Of a stretch of 64,000 nt of DNA, positions 52,849 to 64,000 are shown piece after piece. The position numbers and the translations under genes are program-made. Numbering within the stretch: position 1 is the stretch's first letter; each line of letters starts with the position of its first letter. This DNA comes from Octopus sinensis (lineage: Eukaryota), in contig NC_043003.1 in NCBI RefSeq assembly GCF_006345805.1, forward strand, positions 80,724,001-80,788,000, in the 5' to 3' direction. The notes under the pieces are model-generated. The model ran no database searches and was not told the DNA's origin. It worked only from the letters and a program-made list of their open reading frames with translations.

Positions 52849-55329
52849 AATACAGTCCCTTGTGACTTAATGAAACCTCTGGATATCTGCCATAAAGCCA
52901 ACTTGATAAATTCCCTTCAAGACGTCGTCCAACACTAGGTTATTTCTACAAACTACATAACAGATTTCGTACTAAACATTTATTCATGGCTTACATTTGA
53001 CCCTCTAAGTCGAAAAGGAGAGCTTCAGTTTTCAGTAGTTTCTATTGATATTTGTGCCTCATCAATTACTATCACTTGTGTCTATAAAACAACCACACGA
53101 GTGTTATCTAAAAATTTCTATGGAGAGAAGATTAATATACAGCAAAGAATATTATACAGTACACAAAACACCTGATACTTTTGTCCATGACGAAAATGAC
53201 AATAGGTTTTAGTAAATATCATCGACAGTGAATAATTATATTATACAGAAGAGACCAACTTAAGCAATTACACAGAAATAACCATTGAATTGAAAACATT
53301 ATGTAAAATAGAAAATGAGGCTATCATCCGTTAATAGTTGATGTAACAGCAACTATACATAATCGCCTGTGTAATGACATCATTATAGGAAAAAATAGTT
53401 TTAGAGTCTGCATATAGATGTTTGCACCATTCTCATAAACCAGTTATTAATCATGAAGTATCAAAAGTATATTTTTATTTTTTTGTATTCAAGGAATAGA
53501 AAATTTGATGTATATCTCATTATGCATACGTAGCTACCTAACTACCTACGTACCTACATACATACATGCATAATATATTTGTACGTATAAATATATATAC
53601 ACATACGTGATATATGTATGTATATATATATATATTTATATATATATATATATATATATGGATATACATATAGATATATATGTGAATATATATAAATATA
53701 TATGTCTATATAACAGAGTGGAGTTGTATGTGCTTGCCTGTGTGTGCTTGTGCTTGTGCGTGTGTATGTCTGTGTTTGTGTGTGTATATAATATAATTCC
53801 AGTTTCCCTTTATTTGTCATATCCCGGCGAGAACAGCAAGTTTCGCGGTTATATCCATTAACGTTTCATTAAGCTTTTGAATTTGCAAGGTTTCCTTTAG
53901 CAGTGTTTTATTTTCCTATAACTTCGAGGAAAATGATCTTGTGATCCATTCGCATCTCTTACGTGTTCTCGCCTAGAATAAGTGCGTATAAGAAATGCAA
54001 TCATGTTTCATAGTAAAGAAAATACTCTCTTCTCTGAGATTGCAATTATTTTATATGGTTTTTTAAACAATACGAAAATGTTATCTCACTTAAAATGGAA
54101 AGACCATGACATAAAAAACGGAAAGAAATATCAATGGTCCCTATTTCGGCATACAATCGGTAGAAACTAAATAAGTAGCTAGAGAATTCATTTGCTAAAT
54201 ACTTCCGATTTCAAATAGAAATAACAACCACGTGATATTTTATAGGGCTGAATCCCAATTAATATGAGTCAATGCAACCACCAAATCAACGCAAAATGAT
54301 ACTTACTGTAAAAAGGTAACATCAATTCCAGAGAATCAAAACCTATGAAATTGCTACCACGGAATCAAGAGTTTCAAGCTAAATTGTAATTTCATTCTCA
54401 ATTGAAGAATTATATATAACAAATGTACACAGCTTAGTATAATCAAGTCAATTCATTAGTTGTTCGATCATATGTAAATTTAGTAAGTTAGTGTCATGTA
54501 CAAATACGAGGAGTTAAATTTTTTGAGCTGTTTTACTCGTCACCGGCTTTCAAATTTCTGAGGAGTACATAGATTTGTATGAAATGATGTATACTTTGCA
54601 TGCATTACAAGCTGTGGTATGTGATTCAGAGTCTAACATTAGATATGCAAGCGTATGTTCAGAATGCGTTGATGATAATATGTGGTATGTGTTGTATTCT
54701 GTTAATGCTAAAATAGCGGTAGACTTACTTGTTTTAAAATTGGAAATTGAAGATAATATTTTTTAAACTATATTAATTTCATATACTATTTTGAAGCACA
54801 GATTTGTTTTACCGATTAAGTTGTTCATATTAAAGGCGGAAACATCAAAAACAACTTGAGGCTATTTTATTGTAGTAGTTCCAAATGCAACGAAAAATTT
54901 CTGGAAGTACTTGTAATATTTACAAGCGTTTTACAAAGAACCGTCAACGAACATAAAGCTCGCCAGTAATTTCAAATCTTTCGTACGGACAAAACAAGGA
55001 GATGAGCAAGGTTTCAGATGTATACTAACGATTTACAACAACTAATTGAGAAGAAACTTATATGGCTTCAGTATTTCCAAAGGAATTACACTTTCACCAC
55101 TTAACTTGTTTTCGAGCGTTTGTTAACAATAAATGCTCAGCAAATGAGATCTGCCTAAAACGAATAAGACTATAAATATACTCGTTTACGAAATTAGGAA
55201 CAATTTAAACGGTCCATTTCTAATATGAAACGTAAAATCTATACTGTAGTACAACTGACAATGTTCTGAGCAGTGACCGGAATCTTGTGAAGTACGAAAA
55301 GAACTTTTGAAAGCTAAGTTGTAGCGAAA

Positions 55330-55510
55330 GAACGCTGTGGTTAATATTTTGCAGGCTGCGAGTAGAGTTGTAAAAACTATTTCTTGAAATATCATAGTCG
55401 AAAATCATTGTCAAAAATCGGTAAATTTCCCCAAGACCTACAGGATGTACACCCGTTATAGATTGTTTTTTTTCTCTCAATTATCCCTCGCAAATGCCTC
55501 CAAATAAATA
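55330..55510 (-). mobile_element. Possible CRE-clade non-LTR RT remnant
   Basis: YLEAF..(frameshift)..EKKQSITGVHPVGLGEIYRFL..STRSLQ resembles LEAF.ACRLI.LDK.PGVRPIG.GE.LRR..AGSLQ. Recognition only. Confidence 0.3.
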
Positions 55511-58500
55511 TAACAAAATTGTCTATGGAAATTTATTACTTCACCCGACATTTTCTAAGACTTTTATCCGATGATCACTATGCTTTCGAACATCTCTATA
55601 TCTTCCAAGAAGCGAATTTTTTTCTTCAAACAATCAATAACTCAGAACATCTTCGAAGAATCCATTGATTGCAGAATCTAAGAATTCTTTTCGACCAGAC
55701 TAAATACATGTATTTCCTGCTGGCAAAATTTGGTATATATCAATGGTTAATATTTTGATATAATAACATTCATTATAAATTAAATATTTTGTCTTGAAAC
55801 CGCATTATTTTTGTACCAACCTAATAAGATCGGGCATCGAATATTTAAGAGCGCTGTTGTGTCTCTTTCTCAAAGTTATATCAATTTTAGTATTTATTGT
55901 CTGAGGTATGGAATAAATTACATAAAGTTGCACTATGTTATTGTGTACGATGTAGTTTGTGTCCAGCAAGCAAAATTTCTTTTATGGCTCGTATATAGAT
56001 TATTGTGTCCAATGATTGTTTCCGTTTATTTCTGTTTAAGCTGTTCTTCTGAGTACACAACGTGATAATTGTTAATCGCACAAACCTGATATCCGTACCT
56101 ATTTCCTTTTCATTATCATTATTTTGATATCTTCTTTTCTTCATTTACACAATATTTTGGTTGGGGGAGACCAGGATGATGATTAGGGTACACCTATTTT
56201 TGTTGCTCTCCTTGAATGTTATATCATAACTAAAACACTTGCATTTATTTTATCATTGCATATCATCAGTGTCGTTTGATTTATCATCATTGTTTTATGC
56301 GTGTCTGTACAGAGTCACCATGTAGATATTCATAGTAAAATATTTCAACATAGCTTTGTTGTGAGATTAGATATTTTGTTGTATTCAAACATTCCGTCCA
56401 TTTTACAGACTATGTAATGATAGCTGCCTTATTTTGATATGAGTTGTTTGCGTTATGCATATGCAGAGTAATTGGTGCTATGCGCGAGAAGAAATTTGTT
56501 TAGAGAACATGTTGTAGGGGTTATTTTACATCAAAGAATAGAAATTGTTAAATACGCTATTTGTATGGAGCATTGATGCTATACCTATTATGTAAGAGTT
56601 GTGCTGTGTAATATTTTATGTGTGTGTTCTGTAGAGCAGAAGTTGCGCAAGTCGTGCTATATTGTTTGGTGTTAATTACAGTTGAGCTGTGTACTGTTAT
56701 TGCGAACTGACTGTATAAAGTGTGTTAAGTAAACAGACTGTGTACCGTTTGAGTTGCCTAGTAAATTGAGATTGTACTGTATAGGATTGAACGGTTAATA
56801 TGAGGAATATTTACAAGCGTGAGCTTTATTACGTTAATAGATTTTAATGAAATGAATTATAAGCTGTATAGCAATATGTAAGGTCTCACACCACCACGAA
56901 ATCTCCCAATTATGGTAGATTAGATTTTTGATTATAATACTTTAATTTTCTTCACATACACTACTGCGTTGTGTACAATATGGAAACCTCCTAGGCATGT
57001 TATTCATAATCATTTAGGATTTATATACGTGAATAATTTTCTCAATTTTTTATCGAGCAATTATTGTCATTTTGGCAATTTAGTGCTCAAGTTTTGGATC
57101 CCTTGTGTTCTGCATTCCTATCCGATAGTTTCACTCTTGCCTACTTAGCTGTATATATATGGAATATTCGACGTAATTACACCAATTATTTTCTAAATGT
57201 CTTTAAGAAATGTTTCTACAATTTTCTTATAGTTGGTGCCCTCATTTCCTTCCAGTGAAATAAATAATAATCCTCTCTAGTTTTCTATTAAATTCTTATG
57301 GCATTTTGGATATTAAAGCTAGAATGTAGTTGACGCGCTCAAGCAACTTTCCCGACATGCATTATTTCGGCTTAATATTCTCCTTCAGAATATACAACAA
57401 AGAGTACTTTGAAACTCCCTTGGTGTTCTGCATAGTCGTTATAGCAATTTTAGTCTCGATTTACAACTATGCTGTGCTCGTATTTTGTTTTGTTTAATGC
57501 TATGAAACACTTCATCGAGATATTTCTTTTCCCATGTGTTCATTTTCTAGGCGGCTTTCTTCCATATATAACCATGGAACTTTATTAGTGCATTTGTAGT
57601 ATTTTTGTACGAATGGTCTACTTAATGCAACGGAACATGTTTGCGTTTCTTTGGATATCTAGTGCATGATTATTTTTTGCATTCATATTTATAGTTTTAT
57701 TCAAGTTTCTCTTCTACCATCAGATAAAGCTATTCGTTCCTCAGGTGAATAAGTGTTGTCTTTTGAGGATATAAATGACTTCTATTATGTTATATAAATC
57801 TTTGCTTTGTTTTGGAATTTGTTTCATTATCACTTCTTTTATATATTTTTTCTTTTCCACTGATATCTAGAGTATGTGCAACGTGTGGTGTCTTATGTTA
57901 TATGATAGTGTCTACTTTTTGAATGCGCTGTGTTAATGGTGTTATTGTATGACAATTTAAGTGCAAGACGTATTTAATTGAGTGATGATAGTAATGCATG
58001 AGATGTGTGGGTTGCGAGATATTCTTTTGTACCGGTTTTGTGAACTACTTGTTGTGCCAGTTGCGATTAAGTGGTGAGTGTATAAGTTAAGTTTTCTATG
58101 TAGCGAATGTACTGCTGGAGTTCTTTTCTTTAATAAATATTTTCTTGCATACGGTGAGCTCTCTGAGTAGGAGAGCTTATTCTGTAAGATGTACATACAG
58201 CTGTGATACCTGTCGTTTTCATTCATGTTTTTTTTAAATCATAGTTATGCATACGTTTTCACTTTCATATCATGATTATTTTAATTTACCTCTTTCTTAA
58301 GAATATTTTCCCACGTCACACAAGCAGTTGTGCTGGTTAGGAGTGACCGGGTTATCTCTCACTGTTCAAAGAATTTTGATAAATAAGCCTATTTGTACTG
58401 GAATGTCCTAGACGACTGAGGAGAAATTGTACTCCAAACTATCACTTGTCCATATTTATACGACATCTAATCTCGTCGAATCAGCATCATATAGCACAGT

Positions 58501-59699
58501 GTTTACCGATGTTAACAGCATGCTTTTGTGAATAAACTTCGTGTTAACAAGGACTGGGAAGCGAGAAATAAGATGTACACTGTTCTCATTGTAGTCATTG
58601 CATATTGTGAAATCGATATTAATATTTTTTCCTTAATAACATTTGGATATTTCTTGTGCTATGTTAACAATCGTGTGTAGCTAAAATTAGAACTTCTGTT
58701 TCTACTTTTGTCCATGACATTCGAGAGCCTGATGGCTTACTGCCTCTTAGTTAATTGATGCGTATTGGCCTTGAAATATACAATAGGTTTGAATTTTGTT
58801 TTGATTTTAAATATGTTTTCTTTGCCTGAATATTTCCCCTCTCCTAAGTTAAAATCCAATTCACTCCTTATCAGGTCACATTTCTTATTTTCATATTTCC
58901 TCATTACAGCAACCAATTGCCATTTATTTGTGTCTATATATTTTTTCTAATCTCACTTATTGTTGTATGAATATATCCTCTATTAGACTTAGATCCGTTT
59001 TCTTTATGTAATACAGACATAATCTTTCTATAATTTTAAGGTATTGACTTGATACCTCTATTTATTTTCCCCCTTAGGTTTTCTGTCTAATATCTTTCAG
59101 CTTATTATGTTGGAGTTCTTAATAACTGGTATGGCTAGTATATTTACAGATATTTCTTATTCATAGCATCGATTCATTCGCACTCCTTTCGACATTTCTT
59201 CTCCATTTCGAAGTCACAATTTATATATTTTATAATGGTGATTCTTACCTAATTCTCTTATGTAGTATACTTTTTAATAGATTGTCATTTATTTCAGAAG
59301 GCTTGGCACATTTTTCTAAATATCATGCTTGACTTATATATCGTTAGTTATTTTTCTCTGACATAATGTTATTCTCTATAATAACTTCAATACATTCATA
59401 TGTAAGACATGGTATTAAGTTTATCGGTAGCATCTCTAGCTGCTTGTGGTTGCGTCCATGCTATTTGGTAATGTAGTTACAGAAAAAGCAAAGTAGTAAC
59501 CAAAATTATGAATCTCCACATAGAATTGCGTTTCTTTATTATTCATTAATAATTCCTTGTTACATGGACTTGAGGTTGGAATAGGTTTAATTATGCTGTC
59601 TATCTGACCACAGTTCGTGGTTTGCGTGGTTTGTAACACTGACTACCCTTCCATTAAACCGATTTTTATACGTCTCTAAATTGTGTCGGCAAAATTCTG

Positions 59700-61900
59700 G
59701 ATTATCTTTTCTAAGTCGAGTAAATGGTGATATTGCACAGAACCCACACCTAAATTAAGAAATGCACTTCCAAGTTTAATTTCAAATACTTTAGCACAAA
59801 TAAAGAATTATCATCACCACGCCAACCTTTTTATGCCAGCATTGAAAATTTCATAATTAAGGTCAGCATCATAATTTCATTCTGATACCAATTCTGCATG
59901 TCATGATAGCTACAACACATACGTTCTTCCTGTGTCAACAACAACAATATCTGACATGCAATGCGCTCTCTTTTCTCTTAGTTTGTAAGAAAAATCGAAC
60001 AAATTTATATTTTCTTATGATTTTATTATTTCTTAAAAAATTACCATTGCAGCCGCTTGAAACAAATGACAATTGCTTGAAACGAAATATTCAGCAAGTT
60101 CTGTCGAACTGCTGTTATTGTGCCTGACGTCGAATCTGTGCCCATTAAACCTTTTGTTTAATTGTTCTGTTGTACAACCAACATAAATTAAGCAGTGTTT
60201 CGTGCATTCGGTGCATCCTGCAGCATACACCAAATAGGAATCTTCCACCTTCTCTATAAATCATAATATTTCTGTTATGATTTCTGATGGAATTTACTTC
60301 AGTCATGTTGTTGCACAATGAACAGGGCTTGCCTCCCTTGCAACTGTTCTTTAAGCTACAGCGTGTAGATACTCCAATGTTCGTTTACTTGGAGTCAGAT
60401 ATAAAGGTCAATAATTCTCTTATATTCTTATTCAGTCTAAAGGCTACAATAGGCGGCTCAGGAAATATTTGTTTGAAACGAGGATATTTTTTCGCCACAT
60501 GCTGTTAACTTTCATGCAACACTTTTGAAATGCCAGCGAAATGTCGGTGCCAGTTAATCACTAAAGGAATTCTGTCATCCATTGTATTGTGTTTGCTAAA
60601 ATTATGCGTCTAGGTTTGACTATCTTTGCTAATCTTAGCTATTTCATTTGCTATTTAATTTAATCGTGATTCAGTGTAACGCATTTGACATAATGACATA
60701 CAAAAGCATTTGCATGTTTCCAGTAATCCCCTACGTCAGTACAAAACCGTTTTATCCTCAAAAATAAGATGATGTGGATGATTGGAGCGTCGGGGGAGAT
60801 AAATGTGGGGTGACATGGGTTTGCAAAATAACTCTGTCACTATTCTGCCTCCAAAAAACTTGACTTTTGTGTCCAAAAATTCAACGCCAGTTTTTGAAAA
60901 ACTAGACGTAAATTTTATGTTGGACCTAAAGCCATAGTTTCTAGCATAACAATCACAGAAATGCAAGAAGTCCATTAAACTATCCTGTGATCCTTCCAAG
61001 ACAAAAATACATCGTCAATGAACCGCAACCAGAGTATTGGTTCATGACCATGAAGGGTTTTGTATGTCTTCAATAACTGTGTCTCAAATTTCGTCTTGAA
61101 GACATTAGCGAAATTAACTGCCATGGTGGCACCCATGGTGCAACCCTTCGTCTGGTGGTAATATATTTGTCTAAACCTCCTTGTGTTACTTTCTAACACA
61201 AACCACAATAATCTGCAGAGAAAATTTGATGGAATATTTTTGTTTGACCGCTTTTCGAAGGCATCCATGCATGCTTCTACCCCTTCATTGTGGTTAATAT
61301 TGGGATATAATGAAGAAACATCCATGGTTACCAAAAAGACAGGTCTCTATACGGCCTCTGTGCTTGAAAAAGTTGTTGCTTTTAGATACAAAATCAAAGG
61401 TATCCCGAATATAAGAACTTGATTGTTTTGCCACGGGGAGAAGGAAGCCGTCCAGCCATTCCGAAATTTTAGCCGTGCAACATTCATGTCTGCTGCAAAT
61501 TGGGTGCATTGGAGGAAATCTTTCATTATTATCAGCGCAATTATTTTTCGACATTTGATAGTTTCAAGTAACTTTCTATTGTATCACTTCCTGCATTTAT
61601 ATGCTCGTGGTGGTGTGTGTGTGTTCGAGTTCTTTTCGTTTATTCGTTGGAGAATATTGTATTGCGTCAGTTTCTTTTGTTATGTGGGTTAGGTTTCAGT
61701 CTTTTGTCGTACTAGTTTCTGTATTGTGTGTTTTTTTGTGCAGTGCACGTAGAGTTCTCCTGCTGTGTGTCGGACATCTATGGCACATGTTGTGGGCCTT
61801 CTTTATTTTATTAGGTATTTACTGAATGAGATTATTCACGTACGTTTTTGTAGGAGTGTTGCATAGTAGTGTGAATAGATAATAAAGTAGCGATTTCATA
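59700..61900 (-). mobile_element. Penelope-like retroelement (Neptune-type), decayed
   Basis: RT: ISEWLDGFLLP, SYIRDTFDF, LVTMDVSSLYPNINH, QTKGCTMGATMAVNFANVF, WLRFIDDVF, VEFLDT. Cys linker CKGGKPCSLC. GIY-YIG YLVYAAGCTEC..IYVGCTTEQLNKRFNGHR. Confidence 0.92.
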
Positions 61901-61915
61901 GATTTCATGGATATC

Positions 61916-62272
61916 TTCTGTTGTGTCTGGGGAGGGTCATTCTCTTTTAGTGCCTTATTATTTAACACACTCACCGGTAACACGGTGTTTCTCAATGTTT
62001 TGCTATCTTGGCAAAAGCTTATTATATTTCGTTTTTGGATTTGGTTTACAAGATTCTTTATATGAGTTCGTGTGTTGAAGTATATTCTGTTGTATTTGGG
62101 GAGAGTTATTCAAGACACGTACACATATAAAAAATCTTGCAAACCAAATCCAAAAACGAAATATAATAAGCTTTAGCCAAGCTAGCAAGACATGGAGAAA
62201 CACCGAGTTACCGGTGAGTGTGTTAAATGATAAGGCACTAAAAGAGAATGACTCTCCTCAGACACAACAGAA
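61916..62272. repeat. ~164-bp inverted repeat (arms 61916-62079 and 62109-62272) at the PLE 5' side
   Basis: The arms align end to end with scattered substitutions and a 29-nt spacer. Confidence 0.92.
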
Positions 62273-62334
62273 TATGTTTCAACACACGAACCGATGGATA
62301 TCTGTTTATGGTTTTTTCGTTTTGTTTTTGGTGG

Positions 62335-63320
62335 ATCCATTCTGATATCAGCACTTAAAGTATACACAATATCAACGAGGGAACTGACTTGGTATTCATA
62401 TTTACCATAAACTTTGAGGTCATCCAAGTGGTTGACTTTTAGTTGGCGGCGTCTGAATGCATATGCTTTCCTTACAATCTGTGCTAGTGTTATCATGCAC
62501 AATACAAAGACCAGTGGGAAAAGGCAGACCCTTCGAAGATACCTCTCATGATCTCCATTGTCCCTAAACTTCTTCCATATGCTGTCAGTTATGTCATCCA
62601 CTTCACCATAGATTTTCCAAGCAATTGCTCAACATTCTATGCAATACCAAATAGTTTCGTGCACTCCATAATCCAAGAATGTGGGATCATATCGTGCGCC
62701 TTTCGATAATCGATCCATGAAATGGCTAAGTTAGTTTTCCTCCTCTTGCAGTCTCTAAGTAGAGTTTTGTCTACGAGGAGTTGATACTTAGTACCTCTGC
62801 ACTTACGCTTGAAAATGTTCTGCTCATGCAGAAGGGATCCATTTTTTTTGCAAATGACCGTACTTTGACTCTGCGAGTATTCCAGTCAATAATGTCCACT
62901 TAATTGGCTAGCAGGATATCGGCCTGTAATTGTCTACCGTATTGCCTCTTTCGATGTTTTTCAAGCACAAAACTGTCCTACCCATACTCAACAACTCTGG
63001 TGTTACTTGCTTGGCATTTAACAAGGTGTTGAGCTGTGCAGTTATTTGTACTTGACATTCACTAAATCCTTTGATCCACTTGCCTTCAAATCCATTTGCT
63101 CCTAGGGCGTTCCAGTTGCTCGTTTTCTTGTTTTGCTGATTTCCTTCACTTACATAACTAAAATGACTAGTCTTGCCTGTTTTGGAGAGACCACTGTTTG
63201 TTTCAGTTCTTGCAACCATTCAGCATCCTTCTTGTGCTCCTTGTATTTGCTGTTTAGAATGAAGAGCATTTTGCATCCTCCATTGCATAAGATATGCTTT
63301 TACTCTCCGCATCTTTTTTT
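62335..63320 (-). mobile_element. R4/Dong-type LINE RT fragment
   Basis: [56 protein letters not shown](..)DDLKVYGK. Confidence 0.88.
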
Positions 63321-63565
63321 TACTATGAATTTTTTTTACATAATCCGATAAACCGGTTCTCTCTAGTATATTCACCCGCAATTTTAATATGAAGTTTTAT
63401 CTCTCTGGCACTGAAATACTTTCTCACATTTCCAATTTTCCCAATGTAAATTGGTGACACTATTATGATTTTGTTAAAGTTTTGTCTTAATAATAGTGGA
63501 CTTGATACTTCAAATCGTTTCCCCCAAACCTTTTCATTGACGTCATCACCGTTCATTTCCCTGTT

Positions 63566-63753
63566 GTCATCATCGTCATCATCACATCATTATCACCATC
63601 AACCTCGTCGTCGTCGTGATCCACCTCCTCCTCCTCCACCACCTGCCTCACCACCACTACGTCTTCCTCCTCCTCAACATCATCATCATCATAAATATCA
63701 TCATTATCATAATTATCATTATCATTATCATCATCATTATCATCATTATCATC
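63566..63753. repeat. Compound (CAT)/(CCT)n low-complexity tract
   Basis: Seen directly. Confidence 0.9.
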
Positions 63754-64000
63754 ATGTTTCCAAAATTCCTATAAACACTTCTTTTGAATCAAGGTTCATC
63801 TCAGAATTCGTTGAGGATGTGTGTATACGAGCTTTAAATATTTAGAATTTTGCCTTATCACACCTCTTTTTATACTGTTTCATGATTTCCCTTGCTGTGC
63901 TTCTGGTTTGCTTGTGTTTCATCGTTTATATACGCTGTGTGAAGTGTTAATTCATTTATTTTGGTAGTAAGTATTGGCTTTGTATAAGTACCGGCTGCGA

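Noticed and set aside
54830-55110. Peptide with faint GIY-YIG flavour (RTVNEHK..LIEKKLIW)
   Set aside because: It lacks the Y-x-G motif and has stops, so the similarity could be chance.
58411-58478. GACGA-CTGAGGA...AAAC...GTC motif
   Set aside because: Stems II and III do not form convincingly and G12 is missing.

Overview
AT-rich, microsatellite- and transposon-dense eukaryotic DNA. The SINE and LINE repertoire resembles that of octopod cephalopods (inference from recognition, no search run). No host protein-coding gene could be supported, and most short ORFs are microsatellite or antisense-TE artefacts. Identifiable elements: two decayed mariner transposons with TIRs and TA TSDs; an L1/Tx1 endonuclease fragment split by one of them; two Penelope-like elements (RT plus C-terminal GIY-YIG) and several short PLE-like derivatives; many R4/Dong-type LINE pieces (RT, CCHC, restriction-like endonuclease) ending in (AAT)n; a ~530-bp non-coding element that also sits in (AAT)n; an RTE element lacking its RT; four non-autonomous Helitrons; and two tRNA-derived SINE families. 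The most notable signals are (i) a set of sequence-unrelated minimal type I hammerhead ribozyme motifs, mostly in short elements next to (TA)n tracts, (ii) Helitrons with swapped 5' modules forming overlapping inverted repeats, (iii) a probable template-switch 32-bp hairpin inside a dead LINE, and (iv) a putative non-autonomous partner of (AAT)n-targeting Dong LINEs.
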